In this document: in pieces, positions 1 through 10,136 of the stretch | How the letters are laid out: each line of letters opens with the position of its first letter | Position numbering within the stretch: the stretch's first letter is position 1 | Assembly: GCA_964494155.1 (NCBI GenBank) | Contig: CAZBQX010000001.1 | Location: 43,286 to 107,285, forward strand | Length of the DNA stretch: 64,000 bases | From: an uncultured Syntrophales bacterium | GTDB taxonomy: Bacteria; Desulfobacterota; Syntrophia; Syntrophales; JAAYKM01 | Reading direction: 5' to 3' | Made by a program: the position numbers and the translations under genes | The notes under the pieces: generated by a model | The model's database searches: none | Told to the model about the DNA's origin: nothing | The model's input: only the letters and a program-made list of their open reading frames with translations

Positions 1-6
1 CCGCCG

Positions 7-750
7 TTATGGTTCCAGCTTCATGGTCAGATAATAAATCTGTCCCGTGGCGGCATTCCGAATCTGAATGCGCAATTCTTTGGCCGTTTTAGATTCACCG
101 GGAAAAAAGATGAAACCATAGGCGATCTCCATGGGCCTGATCGGTCGATTTTCGAGCGAACGTTTCGTCAAATCGCTGTGAATCTTTTCCTGCACCTCAC
201 CGTCCGTTAACCCTTTCGTCCCGCCGATAACGGCGCCAGCCGCCGCACCGGCCGCCGCACCTTTCATGGCGGCGTCCCCGACACTGGAACCCGATACAAT
301 CCCGATCGCTGCACCGATGATCCCACCGGCAATCCCACCCAAGGCGCCATACTTGGCGCTCTGGGGTAGCACCTCGCCCATCTCTGTTTTTTTACTCAGA
401 CGATCATAGGCGATATTCTGCTCCAGCACCGGCCAGGCATTGTTTTCGATGTCGAGTAAAAAAGTCTGGGAAGAGATGATTTCCAGAGGATCTTTCCCTT
501 TGTTGTCAAACACCACCCGTACGGGCAGAACACCGGCGCCACGGATGTCGAATCCGAAGGCCGCTTCCGCTTTCTTAGCGTCGCTGTAGGCTTCGGCCCC
601 CACCAGGGTGTCGCCAATCTGAACAACATTGGGATAGGCGGAAGGCATTTTCAGGGGCTGGATTTTTGTTTCGTATCGCGCACAACTTGCAGTAAAGAAT
701 ACGGCCGCCAAAATGAAGGGAACAATCATTCGATATGCGGGTTTCATCAC
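7..750 (-). CDS. Lipoprotein with internal glycine-zipper segment
   Basis: Lipobox-like signal end LAAVFFTASC. Long G/A-rich glycine-zipper stretch GALGGIAGGIIGAAIGIVSGSS...AAAGAAAGAVIGG. No family recognised. Confidence 0.6.
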   Translation of the reverse strand: MMKPAYRMIVPFILAAVFFTASCARYETKIQPLKMPSAYPNVVQIGDTLVGAEAYSDAKKAEAAFGFDIRGAGVLPVRVVFDNKGKDPLEIISSQTFLLDIENNAWPVLEQNIAYDRLSKKTEMGEVLPQSAKYGALGGIAGGIIGAAIGIVSGSSVGDAAMKGAAAGAAAGAVIGGTKGLTDGEVQEKIHSDLTKRSLENRPIRPMEIAYGFIFFPGESKTAKELRIQIRNAATGQIYYLTMKLEP

Positions 751-844
751 TTTACCTCCAGGAGAATTGATATGACATCTAATCTGCTTTTTATATTATT
801 CACGGACAGACTCTTGTCAATTCGATGCGATGATTGAAAAATCG

Positions 845-2260
845 CTACTTGTCGTTATCTTTCCCGCACCAGCAGTAAAGACACAACTGATCTTCAGGTA
901 TACCGATGGCCTGCACCATTTCCTGGATGTTCAAATACTTAAGGGATGTGACATGGATATCCTCGCGGATCCATTCAACCATATCCCGATATTCCGCAGA
1001 CTCCGGATTAAGATAGGCGCTGACATCCTGAATATCATTTCCCTCCAGGTATCTAATCGCACGCCTTGCCGCCAGTTCATCGATGGAGCGGGTTGACGTG
1101 GCATATTTGCAGGGAAACATCAAGGGTGGACAGGCCGGTCTGATATGAATTTCCTTGGCACCGTTATCCCAAAGTTTTTTCACCGTGAAATTTTTTAACT
1201 GTGTTCCCCGGACAATGGAGTCATCGCAAATGACCATACGGTTGCCGGATATGACATCCCGGATCGCGCTGAGTTTCATCGTCGCCACAAGATTCCTGAT
1301 ATCCTGCGATGGCGGGGTGTAACTTCTTCCGTAACCGGGTGTGTATTTTACCAGGGGTCTCCGGAAAGGCAGTCCTGATTCCATGGCATACCCAAGGGCA
1401 TGACCGACACCCGAGTCGGGGACACCGGCCACAAAATCAGCCTGGACATGGTCGTTTCGGGCAATCGCGGCGCCGCATCGCTCTCTGGCGCTTTCCACGC
1501 TGACACCATCGTAAATGGACGAAGGATATCCGGTATAGATCCAGAGGAAGGCGCAGGTTTTTTTAACGGGTAACGCAGGAGACAAGATTTCAATGTGACC
1601 GGTCGGTGAGAGAAAGACGATCTCTCCGGCACCGATGAATGATTCGATCTCAAAGCCCAGGTTTGGGAAGGAGCTGGCTTCCGTAGCGATGGCCAGATTT
1701 TTCTTATTGGCAACGCCACGCCCGATGGACAGAGGAAAACGGCCGAATTTATCCCTCGCGGCGTAGATACCTTCTTCCGTCATGATCAGGATGCAAAGGG
1801 ACCCTTGTATCTGGTCCTGCAGCTTGCGGATCCCGTCCACGATGCTGGCGCCCTTGTTGATGATTTTGGCCGCCAATTCGACGGAATTGGTTTTGCCACC
1901 CGTTCTTTCGCTAAATGAAATGCCCTCCCGCAACAATTCATCCGTCAGGATTTCCTTGTTCTCGATCAAACCCGAGGCGGCAATGGCGAACGTCCCGAAT
2001 TTAGACCTGAATACGAGAGGTTGCGGGGAATCGTCGTCAATGACACCCAGTCCCATCTGACCATCCATCACCTTGTAATCGTCGACAAACCTTGATTTGA
2101 ACTGTGCCTGGCTGATGCTGTGAATGGTTTTATAAAAACCCGCCGGTCCGAAAACCGCCATCCCCGCATTCTCCGTGCCGAGATGAGAATGATAATCCGT
2201 TCCATAAAACAGAGCCTTGGAACAGTTTTCGTCAGAAATCACACCAAATAATCCGCCCAT
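845..2260 (-). CDS. PurF-like amidophosphoribosyltransferase paralog with degenerate glutaminase domain
   Basis: The PRTase PRPP loop MVICDDSIVRGTQLK and PurF-like Cys positions (CAFLWIYTGYPSS, ACPPLMFPCKY, C-terminal CLYC) are present. The N-terminus is MGGLFGV rather than MCG. The RBS GGGAAGGA sits upstream of the ATG. Confidence 0.75.
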   Translation of the reverse strand: MGGLFGVISDENCSKALFYGTDYHSHLGTENAGMAVFGPAGFYKTIHSISQAQFKSRFVDDYKVMDGQMGLGVIDDDSPQPLVFRSKFGTFAIAASGLIENKEILTDELLREGISFSERTGGKTNSVELAAKIINKGASIVDGIRKLQDQIQGSLCILIMTEEGIYAARDKFGRFPLSIGRGVANKKNLAIATEASSFPNLGFEIESFIGAGEIVFLSPTGHIEILSPALPVKKTCAFLWIYTGYPSSIYDGVSVESARERCGAAIARNDHVQADFVAGVPDSGVGHALGYAMESGLPFRRPLVKYTPGYGRSYTPPSQDIRNLVATMKLSAIRDVISGNRMVICDDSIVRGTQLKNFTVKKLWDNGAKEIHIRPACPPLMFPCKYATSTRSIDELAARRAIRYLEGNDIQDVSAYLNPESAEYRDMVEWIREDIHVTSLKYLNIQEMVQAIGIPEDQLCLYCWCGKDNDK

Positions 2261-2281
2261 GGAAAAAATCCTTCCCGCTTG

Positions 2282-3478
2282 TTACTTTTTTAATTTCAGA
2301 AGGGCCTCGGATATTCTCTTGATCCCCTCCTGGATATTTTTCATCGATGTTGCGTAGGACAAACGAATATGTTCGTCATGTCCGAACTCGCCTCCGGGAA
2401 CCACCGCCACATTGACATCTTCTAGCAGATAGGTCGAAATATCGGCGGAACCCATGATTTCCTTACCATTATAAGTCGTTCCATAATAATGTGACACATC
2501 GGGGAAAACATAAAACGCCCCTTCCGGATTCAGACAGGACACGCCGGGAATGCTGTTCAGCGCGCCGACGATGTATTTTCTTCTTTCGTCGAAAGCAGCG
2601 ACCATCTGGGCAACGCTGTCCTGCGGGCCCCGAATGGCTTCCACGGAAGCCTTCTGGGCAATGGAAGTCGGGTTGGAGGTATTCTGACTTTGAAGTTTCG
2701 CAACCGCTGCTGAGATTTCTTCCGGACCTGCCATGTAGCCGATCCGCCATCCCGTCATGGCATAGGTTTTGGAGACACCGTTCACGACGATGGTTTTATC
2801 TTTCAACTCCGGCATAATGCTGGGAATATTGGCAAATTGAAAATCGTCGTAAATAATTTTTTCATAAATATCATCGGAAATGACCAGGAGGCCTGCTTCC
2901 AGGATAATATCCGCCAGCTTTTTGAGATCAGCGGCGCTATAGGCAACACCGGAAGGGTTGGAGGGACTGTTGAAAATGATTGCCTTCGTTTTGCTGTTGA
3001 TGGCTTGCTTCAATTGTTCCGGCTGCAGCTTAAAGCCGTTCCTGACTTCCGTTTTCAGGATGACGGGTTTGCCTCCCGCCAGAACAATAATGTCCGGATA
3101 GGACACCCAGTAAGGAGACGGAATGAGGACTTCATCCCCTTCCTCGAAAAGAACCTGCGCCAGATTATACAGGGTGTGTTTTGCGCCGCAGGAGACGACG
3201 ACTTCCGCACGACGGTAAGTCAGACCATTGTCCTTCTGAAATTTTTCAATAATGGCGTCCTTCAGTTCATCCGTCCCGCCAACCGGGGTATATTTGGTGA
3301 AGCCATCGTTGATGGCTTTTATCGCAGCTTGTTTGATATTATCCGGTGTATCGAAATCGGGCTCGCCTGCACCGAAGCCGATCACGTCACGACCCTCGGC
3401 TTTCAGCGCATTGGCTTTTGCGGTAATTGCCAGTGTGGGAGACGGTTTTATAAGCGATATTCTTGAAGAAAGTAACAT
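2282..3478 (-). CDS. Class I PLP aminotransferase (aspartate aminotransferase type)
   Basis: N-terminal SRISLIKPSPTLAITAKANALKAEGRDVIGFGAGEPDFDTP and the PLP-lysine context SKTYAMTGWRIGY. Confidence 0.85.
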   Translation of the reverse strand: MLLSSRISLIKPSPTLAITAKANALKAEGRDVIGFGAGEPDFDTPDNIKQAAIKAINDGFTKYTPVGGTDELKDAIIEKFQKDNGLTYRRAEVVVSCGAKHTLYNLAQVLFEEGDEVLIPSPYWVSYPDIIVLAGGKPVILKTEVRNGFKLQPEQLKQAINSKTKAIIFNSPSNPSGVAYSAADLKKLADIILEAGLLVISDDIYEKIIYDDFQFANIPSIMPELKDKTIVVNGVSKTYAMTGWRIGYMAGPEEISAAVAKLQSQNTSNPTSIAQKASVEAIRGPQDSVAQMVAAFDERRKYIVGALNSIPGVSCLNPEGAFYVFPDVSHYYGTTYNGKEIMGSADISTYLLEDVNVAVVPGGEFGHDEHIRLSYATSMKNIQEGIKRISEALLKLKK

Positions 3479-3485
3479 CGTTGTT

Positions 3486-3980
3486 TTACTGCTCCTTTCC
3501 TAAGGAATATTTTTTTAACAGTTTCTGGTAAACAAGATCCGGAACCAAACCTTTAACATTTCCACCTAAACTTGCGGCTTCATTGATAATTTTAGAGCTT
3601 GTGTAGAACCACTTATACCCCGTCATGAGAAAGACGGTCTCAATATCACGATTCAGGCGGCGATTAATCAGTGCCATCTGGAACTCATATTCAAAATCCG
3701 ACAAAGCCCGTAAACCTCTGAGAATGACGGTGGCGCCGTTATCCCGAACGTAATTGACGAGCAGGCCGGAAGATACATCCACACGGACCCGTTCCTGATC
3801 CTTGATGACTTCTTTGATCATATACATCCGCTCCTCAATCGTAAAGCGTGATGTTTTGTTCGGATTGTGTGCGATCAGAACAATGAGTTGATCGAACATA
3901 CGCAGACCCCTTTTAATGAGATCGACATGACCGTTCGTAATCGGATCAAAAGAACCCGGGTAGACAGCAATCTTTTCCAT
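3486..3980 (-). CDS. coaD: Phosphopantetheine adenylyltransferase
   Basis: AVYPGSFDPITNGHVDLI motif, 164 aa. Confidence 0.95.
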   Translation of the reverse strand: MEKIAVYPGSFDPITNGHVDLIKRGLRMFDQLIVLIAHNPNKTSRFTIEERMYMIKEVIKDQERVRVDVSSGLLVNYVRDNGATVILRGLRALSDFEYEFQMALINRRLNRDIETVFLMTGYKWFYTSSKIINEAASLGGNVKGLVPDLVYQKLLKKYSLGKEQ

Positions 3981-4547
3981 TTAATTATCATCCGCCTGTG
4001 TATTTATTTTTAAAAAAGTGAGCATGGAATCGCCATAGGTGCGCTGATCTTCCATGCTGAACCTACTTTCCACCAATCGAATCGGTTCCCGCTTCGAATG
4101 CTGGATCACAACCAAGGAATCCGCACTCACCAAGCCGGCTTGGCCGATCCGCTCCAGCGTCTCTTCGATCAAATCCTTTTGATATGGTGGATCGATAAAC
4201 ACATAATCAAATCTGACATTGAGTTCTGAAATTTGATGCAGCCCTTTTTTCATTTCCATGGAAATGACGCAAGCCTGTTCTGCAAAACCCAGTTGTTTCG
4301 TCAGCACTTTAATCGATTTTGCCAAATCATGACGCTGCTCAATAAAGACCACCAAGGAAGCGCCGCGACTTAAAGCTTCGATGCCCACACTTCCCGTGCC
4401 CGCAAAAACATCAAGAAACGTTTTCCCGGATACGGATTGGAGGATATTAAAAAGGGCTTCCTTGATCATGTCCGTCGTTGGACGTACATGCGCCGCCTTC
4501 GGTCTTTTCAGGGGAAATCCCTTTTGGGTTCCTCCGATGATTCGCAT
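3981..4547 (-). CDS. rsmD: 16S rRNA (guanine966-N2)-methyltransferase
   Basis: SAM motif DVFAGTGSVGIEALSRGA and DPPY motif (FIDPPY). Abuts coaD. Confidence 0.9.
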   Translation of the reverse strand: MRIIGGTQKGFPLKRPKAAHVRPTTDMIKEALFNILQSVSGKTFLDVFAGTGSVGIEALSRGASLVVFIEQRHDLAKSIKVLTKQLGFAEQACVISMEMKKGLHQISELNVRFDYVFIDPPYQKDLIEETLERIGQAGLVSADSLVVIQHSKREPIRLVESRFSMEDQRTYGDSMLTFLKINTQADDN

Positions 4548-4548
4548 A

Positions 4549-5565
4549 TCATATATAATCTTTAATCAGGATCTCCGCAATCTGAACGGCGTTTAAGGCC
4601 GCCCCTTTCCTCAGATTGTCGGCCACAACCCACATATTGATGCCGTTGGGAATGGATTCATCTTCGCGGATGCGACCTACCAGCGTATCATCACCGCCGG
4701 CCGCATCAATGGCCAAGGGATATTCACGCTTGGCCGGATCATCGATTACTCTGACGCCGGGTGCATTCGACAAAAGCGCTTTTACTTCTTGGGGCGTAAT
4801 CTTCTTCTCCGTTTCGATATTGACCGATTCGGAATGACCGAAGAAAACAGGAACACGCACCGTCGTCGCCGTAACACCAATCGAATAATCGTTGAAAATC
4901 TTCTTTGTCTCATTGACCATTTTCATTTCTTCTTTCGTGTAACCGTTTTCGATGAACACATCGATCTGCGGTAGACAATTGAAGGCGATGCGATGGGGAT
5001 AAACCTTCACCACCGGCTCCTGACCCGATAAAAGCGCCCTGGTCTGAAGCGATAATTCCTCAATGGCCTTTTTGCCCGTGCCGGATACGGCCTGATAAGT
5101 CGAAACTACGATTCTTTTGATTTTCACAGCATCGTGGATCGGCTTTAAAGCAACAACCATCTGGATCGTTGAGCAATTCGGATTGGCAATGATGCCCTTT
5201 GTTTTATACTGGGCGATGGCTTCCGGGTTGACTTCCGGAACAACCAAGGGTATGTCGGGAACCATGCGGAAGGCACTCGTGTTATCTACCACGACACACC
5301 CCGCCTGGGCGGCGATGGGGGCAAACTTTTCGCTGACACTGCCTCCTGCCGAAAACAGACCGATTTTTACCCCTTCGAAAGAATCTTCCTTTAAGACCTC
5401 AACAGGAATCATATTGCCCTTATATTCAATACTTACGCCCAATGACCGTTCAGAGGCCAGTAACTTCAATTTATCGACAGGAAAATTTCTCTGTTCCAGT
5501 GTTTTAATCATTTCATTTCCCACCGCACCGGTGGCTCCCACGACCGCTACTTGATAGGTTTTCAT
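4549..5565 (-). CDS. asd: Aspartate-semialdehyde dehydrogenase
   Basis: VAVVGATGAVG Rossmann motif and active-site NPNCSTIQ. Confidence 0.95.
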   Translation of the reverse strand: MKTYQVAVVGATGAVGNEMIKTLEQRNFPVDKLKLLASERSLGVSIEYKGNMIPVEVLKEDSFEGVKIGLFSAGGSVSEKFAPIAAQAGCVVVDNTSAFRMVPDIPLVVPEVNPEAIAQYKTKGIIANPNCSTIQMVVALKPIHDAVKIKRIVVSTYQAVSGTGKKAIEELSLQTRALLSGQEPVVKVYPHRIAFNCLPQIDVFIENGYTKEEMKMVNETKKIFNDYSIGVTATTVRVPVFFGHSESVNIETEKKITPQEVKALLSNAPGVRVIDDPAKREYPLAIDAAGGDDTLVGRIREDESIPNGINMWVVADNLRKGAALNAVQIAEILIKDYI

Positions 5566-5648
5566 AAAAAAACAACTCCCTTATATTGATTTTAACGCAC
5601 CTGAAGAACCTTGGATCACTTTAAATCACGGAAGATCCTTCTTTTTTA

Positions 5649-6440
5649 TTATTTGTTTTGCTTAAGAACGCTTGAATGCTTAAGTCTCGTCTCTGAAACG
5701 AAATTGCGCCCTAATTTGAATAAATACCAGGAGGGACCGGATAAAGCATATCCTAGGGCAAAAGTGAAGATCATGATTTCTTTTTCGGCAACCACAATGA
5801 TCATAATGCAGACGATCAATAGAAAAGACATAAAAGGTTTTTTAGCAAAAAAATTCAAGTCCTTGAAACTATAATATTTAATGTTGCTAACCATCAATAA
5901 AGCGATAACAAAAACACCGATTAAGATGGCAATGTGGTGATACTTTCCTTCTCCTCCCAGATAAGAGTACAGCATGATACCCGTTGCGACCACCGATGCT
6001 GCTGCCGGAATGGGAAGACCATTGAAGACCTTGCTTTCGATAATACCAATCTGTACATTGAAACGCGCCAACCGCAGGGCGCCACAGATTACGAACAGGG
6101 ATGCGGCAATCCAGCCCCATTTCCCAAATTCGGTCAACCCCCAAGTGTAAACCAAAATGGCCGGAGCAACGCCAAAGGCAACCAAATCAGACAGGGAATC
6201 GTATTCTGCGCCGAACTTGCTCGTCGTATTCGTGAAACGGGCGATTCTTCCGTCCAGGCCATCCATGACGAAAGCAATCAAAAGCGGCACCGCCGCCATG
6301 AAGTAATCTCCCTTCATGGCGATGATAATCGAATAAAATCCGCAAAGAAGATTGGCAGTGGTGAATAAATTAGGTAGGATATAAATCCCTTTGCGCATTT
6401 TTTGTCTTCTGGTTGTTGGGTCCATTGTCATTTCATGCAT
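5649..6440 (-). CDS. pssA: CDP-diacylglycerol--serine O-phosphatidyltransferase
   Basis: CDP-alcohol phosphatidyltransferase motif DGLDGRIAR...GAEYDSLSD; polytopic. The start is uncertain: several Met codons lie between 6398 and 6440, overlapping the psd stop. Confidence 0.9.
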   Translation of the reverse strand: MHEMTMDPTTRRQKMRKGIYILPNLFTTANLLCGFYSIIIAMKGDYFMAAVPLLIAFVMDGLDGRIARFTNTTSKFGAEYDSLSDLVAFGVAPAILVYTWGLTEFGKWGWIAASLFVICGALRLARFNVQIGIIESKVFNGLPIPAAASVVATGIMLYSYLGGEGKYHHIAILIGVFVIALLMVSNIKYYSFKDLNFFAKKPFMSFLLIVCIMIIVVAEKEIMIFTFALGYALSGPSWYLFKLGRNFVSETRLKHSSVLKQNK

Positions 6441-7087
6441 CCTATGGGCGTTTCGCCTGCTATCACTTTATCTCCGACTTTAACCGAGATCAAGCAATCC
6501 ACCGGCAGATATAATTCAAGGCACGAACCGAAACGGATTAACCCGAATCTTTCGCCTTTTCTAACATACATTCCTTCGCTAATCCAGCAGACAATTCTTC
6601 TGGCAATCAACCCGGCGATCTGTACCACCAGCATTTCATTGCCGTCGTCACCCTTGATTTTTATGATATTCCGCTCGTTATCCGTCGAGGCCTTATCCAG
6701 ATTGGCGGAAAAGAATTTACCTTTTTCATAGCGGATGAGTTCAACATGACCCGAGTAGGGGATACGGTTCACATGTACATTGAATACGTTCATAAAAATA
6801 CTGACTTTTTTGCATGTTCCGTTCAGGAATTCCTTCCCGCTCAGTTCCTCGATTTTGATAACTTTCCCATCGGCAGGAGAAATGACCAGTTTTTCATATT
6901 CTGGGGTGATTCGCTGGGGATTACGAAAAAAACATGTGATAAAAACGGTAATGAGAAGCAAGACGGCGCCGGATAGCATGGCACCGAAAAAGAAAGCACT
7001 GACTGTCAAGCAAAGGGAAAAAAGAATGAATGGGATGCCTTCCCGGGCGATGATACTGCTGTGAGCTTCGTGATCTTTGTTTTTCAT
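6428..7087 (-). CDS. psd: Phosphatidylserine decarboxylase (short, membrane-anchored type)
   Basis: N-terminal TM segments and FGS self-cleavage-type motif (LIRFGSCLE). Coupled to pssA. Confidence 0.85.
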   Translation of the reverse strand: MKNKDHEAHSSIIAREGIPFILFSLCLTVSAFFFGAMLSGAVLLLITVFITCFFRNPQRITPEYEKLVISPADGKVIKIEELSGKEFLNGTCKKVSIFMNVFNVHVNRIPYSGHVELIRYEKGKFFSANLDKASTDNERNIIKIKGDDGNEMLVVQIAGLIARRIVCWISEGMYVRKGERFGLIRFGSCLELYLPVDCLISVKVGDKVIAGETPIGCMK

Positions 7088-7207
7088 CCTTGATCCCGCT
7101 TTGGGAAATTCGCATGTCTCGTTTCAAAAAGACAGCTACGCTCTTATCCGAATTGCCATGACTTGTCAACCGACATCATACCAAGATATGGAATCAGCGC
7201 ATGTATT

Positions 7208-7900
7208 TTATTTGTGATCGGGATTTTTGATTTCCGCCTCCGATGCTCTCAAATAAGTCGGTTTCAGACTGACCATGTCTTCCGTTAGATCATCCTGATA
7301 TTTTTTAATCCCAATACCTGCGATAATGGTGGGACGGCATATGGCAAGGTGTTGTGGTGCGAAGATTGCGGATTCAAGAAGCTGATCCCGCAAGTGATTT
7401 TCCCAGCGAACCGCCCCATCGCCCACAAATATGACCGGTGCTGTGATGTGCGCCACCAATTTTGGAATGGTCGTGATCTGCTCTTCAAGAAGCCGTTCAT
7501 AGCCATTGAGCGGGTGATAACGGTAAAGAGCCGTATAGATTTCGTCCATGGGACCGTTCAGTATGGGACAGATAATGCGATTTTCTGAATAGATATTCCA
7601 AGCCAGCGCCTCCAGGGTCGATACACCGACCAAGGGTTTGTTATGGCTTAATGCAAACCCCTTTATGGTGCTCAATCCGATCCTCAGTCCTGTAAACGAT
7701 CCGGGTCCGGTGGTGGCGACAAACAGATCAAGGTCCGTTAAATCTAAATTCAATACATTCAATGCATGATCTATTTCCGGAAGCAATATGACCGAGTGGT
7801 TCAAACCCGTGTTCATGAATATCTCATACAAGATCCGGCCGTCCGACACGATGGCAAGGCCGGCCGATTTTCCTGAGGTATCGATGGCAAGTGTTTTCAT
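7208..7900 (-). CDS. tsaB: tRNA t6A biosynthesis protein TsaB
   Basis: MKTLAIDTSGKSAGLAIV N-terminus, YeaZ-like, 230 aa. Confidence 0.85.
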   Translation of the reverse strand: MKTLAIDTSGKSAGLAIVSDGRILYEIFMNTGLNHSVILLPEIDHALNVLNLDLTDLDLFVATTGPGSFTGLRIGLSTIKGFALSHNKPLVGVSTLEALAWNIYSENRIICPILNGPMDEIYTALYRYHPLNGYERLLEEQITTIPKLVAHITAPVIFVGDGAVRWENHLRDQLLESAIFAPQHLAICRPTIIAGIGIKKYQDDLTEDMVSLKPTYLRASEAEIKNPDHK

Positions 7901-7910
7901 AAGCGTTTTT

Positions 7911-8969
7911 CTAAATCCTGGTTAAATCGAAATAAAAAACAAAAATCATTAATATAATGATGATGGCAAAACCAACGGTTTGGGAAAATTCACGCCATTT
8001 GGGCTTGACCGGACTTCCCTTTGCAATTTCGATGAGGAAAAAAAGGATGTGCCCGCCGTCAAGAACGGGTATGGGCAACAGGTTAAGTACACCCAGATTG
8101 ATACTGAGCAGGGCCATAAAGAACAGAAAGGGAATAACCCCCTCCTGGGCCTGTTTCCCCGCAAGCTGGGCAATCAGAATCGGTCCGCCCAAGTTCTTGG
8201 GTGAAACGACCCCTTCCATCATTTTGTATATGCTGAGCAGGGTCATCTTGGTAATCACCCAGGTATGCTTTATTCCTTCCCAGACGGCCGCCAAGGGGTT
8301 TAAACGCTCCGTGATCATTTCCTCAGTCGGCATGACGCCGATCTTGTACGCATTCACCTCTTCCCCGAATATATTTTTTACTTTTTGTAAGGTAGGCTTG
8401 AGTGAGACCTCGTACATCCGCGATTCGCGGCTGAAGACGATTTTGAGGGGTGCGCCCTTGCTTTCCGTAACGGTTTCGGCCAAATCATCCCAACGCTCAA
8501 TATTTTTCTGATTAATTTTTGTGATGATATCCCCTTTGGTGATTCCACTGAAAAAGGCCGGCGAATCCGGCTGCACACCGCCGATTTTTGCTGTCATAAC
8601 CGGTACGCCGTACATATAAACGGCGCCGAAAATAACAATGGCCAGAAGAAAATTGAAAAGGGGGCCGGCAAAAACGATCATGATCCGTTTCCAGACGGAC
8701 TTTACGGAAAAGGATCGTGCCTGATCTTCTTGGGTAATCTCCTCCGTTTCGGATTCGCCCAAAAGTTTGACATAGCCGCCCAAAGGAAAAATTGAAATGA
8801 TGTACTCCGTTTCTCCCCATTTTCTGCTGAATATTTTCGGACCAAACCCCAAGGAAAACTTGAGGACTTTCACCCCGGCATATTTGGCAGCAAGAAAATG
8901 ACCGATTTCATGAACGAAAATGAGCACGCCCAACAAAATAATCAGGGATATAATACTTGTACCTAACAA
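7911..8969 (-). CDS. rseP: RIP zinc metalloprotease (site-2 protease)
   Basis: HEIGHFLAAK zinc motif, a central PDZ-like region and C-terminal NLLPIPVLDGG. Confidence 0.9.
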   Translation of the reverse strand: MLGTSIISLIILLGVLIFVHEIGHFLAAKYAGVKVLKFSLGFGPKIFSRKWGETEYIISIFPLGGYVKLLGESETEEITQEDQARSFSVKSVWKRIMIVFAGPLFNFLLAIVIFGAVYMYGVPVMTAKIGGVQPDSPAFFSGITKGDIITKINQKNIERWDDLAETVTESKGAPLKIVFSRESRMYEVSLKPTLQKVKNIFGEEVNAYKIGVMPTEEMITERLNPLAAVWEGIKHTWVITKMTLLSIYKMMEGVVSPKNLGGPILIAQLAGKQAQEGVIPFLFFMALLSINLGVLNLLPIPVLDGGHILFFLIEIAKGSPVKPKWREFSQTVGFAIIIILMIFVFYFDLTRI

Positions 8970-10135
8970 TGATCAATCCTCTCTTCTATGAGTATTTCCG
9001 TTTGTTCTTTGGCCCATCGGTCCGCCGCAAGAATTTCATCCAGTGTGGGTTCTGAAACTACGGCATGGATGGACATCACCTTTTCTACCAAGTCCACAAT
9101 TTCATAAAATGAAATCCGGCGATGCAGGAAAGCCTCAACGGCTTTTTCATTGGCGCCGTTCATGACGGCCGGCAAGGTCCCGCCTATACGGCCGGCACGG
9201 TATGCCAGTTTCAAAGCCGGATACTGTTCATGATCCGCTTTGTTGAATCGCAGTGTACCGATTTCCGTTAAATCCAGAAACATACTGCGATCGGCTTTCA
9301 TCCGCCTGGGATAGGCCAGGGCATACGCAATGGGTATTTTCATGTCCGGATTGCCCATTTGCGCCAGCACCGAACCGTCATGATATTCAACCAGGGAATG
9401 TACAATGCTCTCCGGGTGAATATGCACGTCGATTGCATCATAATTCACACCAAATAACCATTTTGCCTCCAATATTTCCAGTCCCTTGTTCATCATGGTC
9501 GCTGAATCAATGGTAATCTTCCTGCCCATTTTCCAACGGGGGTGCTGCAAGGCCGCCTCGATTGTCACGTGGCGCATTTGCTCGGCCGACAGACCAAGAA
9601 AGGGTCCCCCCGACGCCGTGAGAATGATCCGTCTGATGTCTTTCCGGCGATTACCTTTAAGACATTGAAATATGGCACTATGTTCACTATCAACCGGGAT
9701 GATGGGGACATGATGGGTCTTGGCGGCCGTCATCACGATTTTTCCGGCCATAACGAGCGTTTCTTTATTGGCCAGAGCGATTTCCTTCCCCTGCCGGATG
9801 GCGTCAAGCGTCGGCAGCAAACCCGTTGATCCCACAATTGCGGACACAACCAGATCGACCTCGGGAAGCGTCACCACGCGTCGGCATCCCTCAATACCGG
9901 TCAAAATGAAAAAATCTTGGAGCGGTGGAAGCATAGCCGACAATTGGTCGGCCAGGTTTTGCGTCGCAACGGAGACGAGTTTTGGTCTGAATTCCAGAAT
10001 CTGTGCTTTGAGAAGATCGATGTTGTTTCCCGCTGATAGACCTGCGATGCGAAACATGCCCGGATGCTGTCTGACCACATCCAAAGTGCTGAGGCCGATG
10101 GAACCGGTTGATCCCAGAATGGATATATTTTTCAT
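8963..10135 (-). CDS. dxr: 1-deoxy-D-xylulose-5-phosphate reductoisomerase
   Basis: ILGSTGSIGLSTLDV N-terminus, 390 aa, in the conserved cdsA-dxr-rseP context. Confidence 0.95.
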   Translation of the reverse strand: MKNISILGSTGSIGLSTLDVVRQHPGMFRIAGLSAGNNIDLLKAQILEFRPKLVSVATQNLADQLSAMLPPLQDFFILTGIEGCRRVVTLPEVDLVVSAIVGSTGLLPTLDAIRQGKEIALANKETLVMAGKIVMTAAKTHHVPIIPVDSEHSAIFQCLKGNRRKDIRRIILTASGGPFLGLSAEQMRHVTIEAALQHPRWKMGRKITIDSATMMNKGLEILEAKWLFGVNYDAIDVHIHPESIVHSLVEYHDGSVLAQMGNPDMKIPIAYALAYPRRMKADRSMFLDLTEIGTLRFNKADHEQYPALKLAYRAGRIGGTLPAVMNGANEKAVEAFLHRRISFYEIVDLVEKVMSIHAVVSEPTLDEILAADRWAKEQTEILIEERIDHC

Positions 10136-10136
10136 C

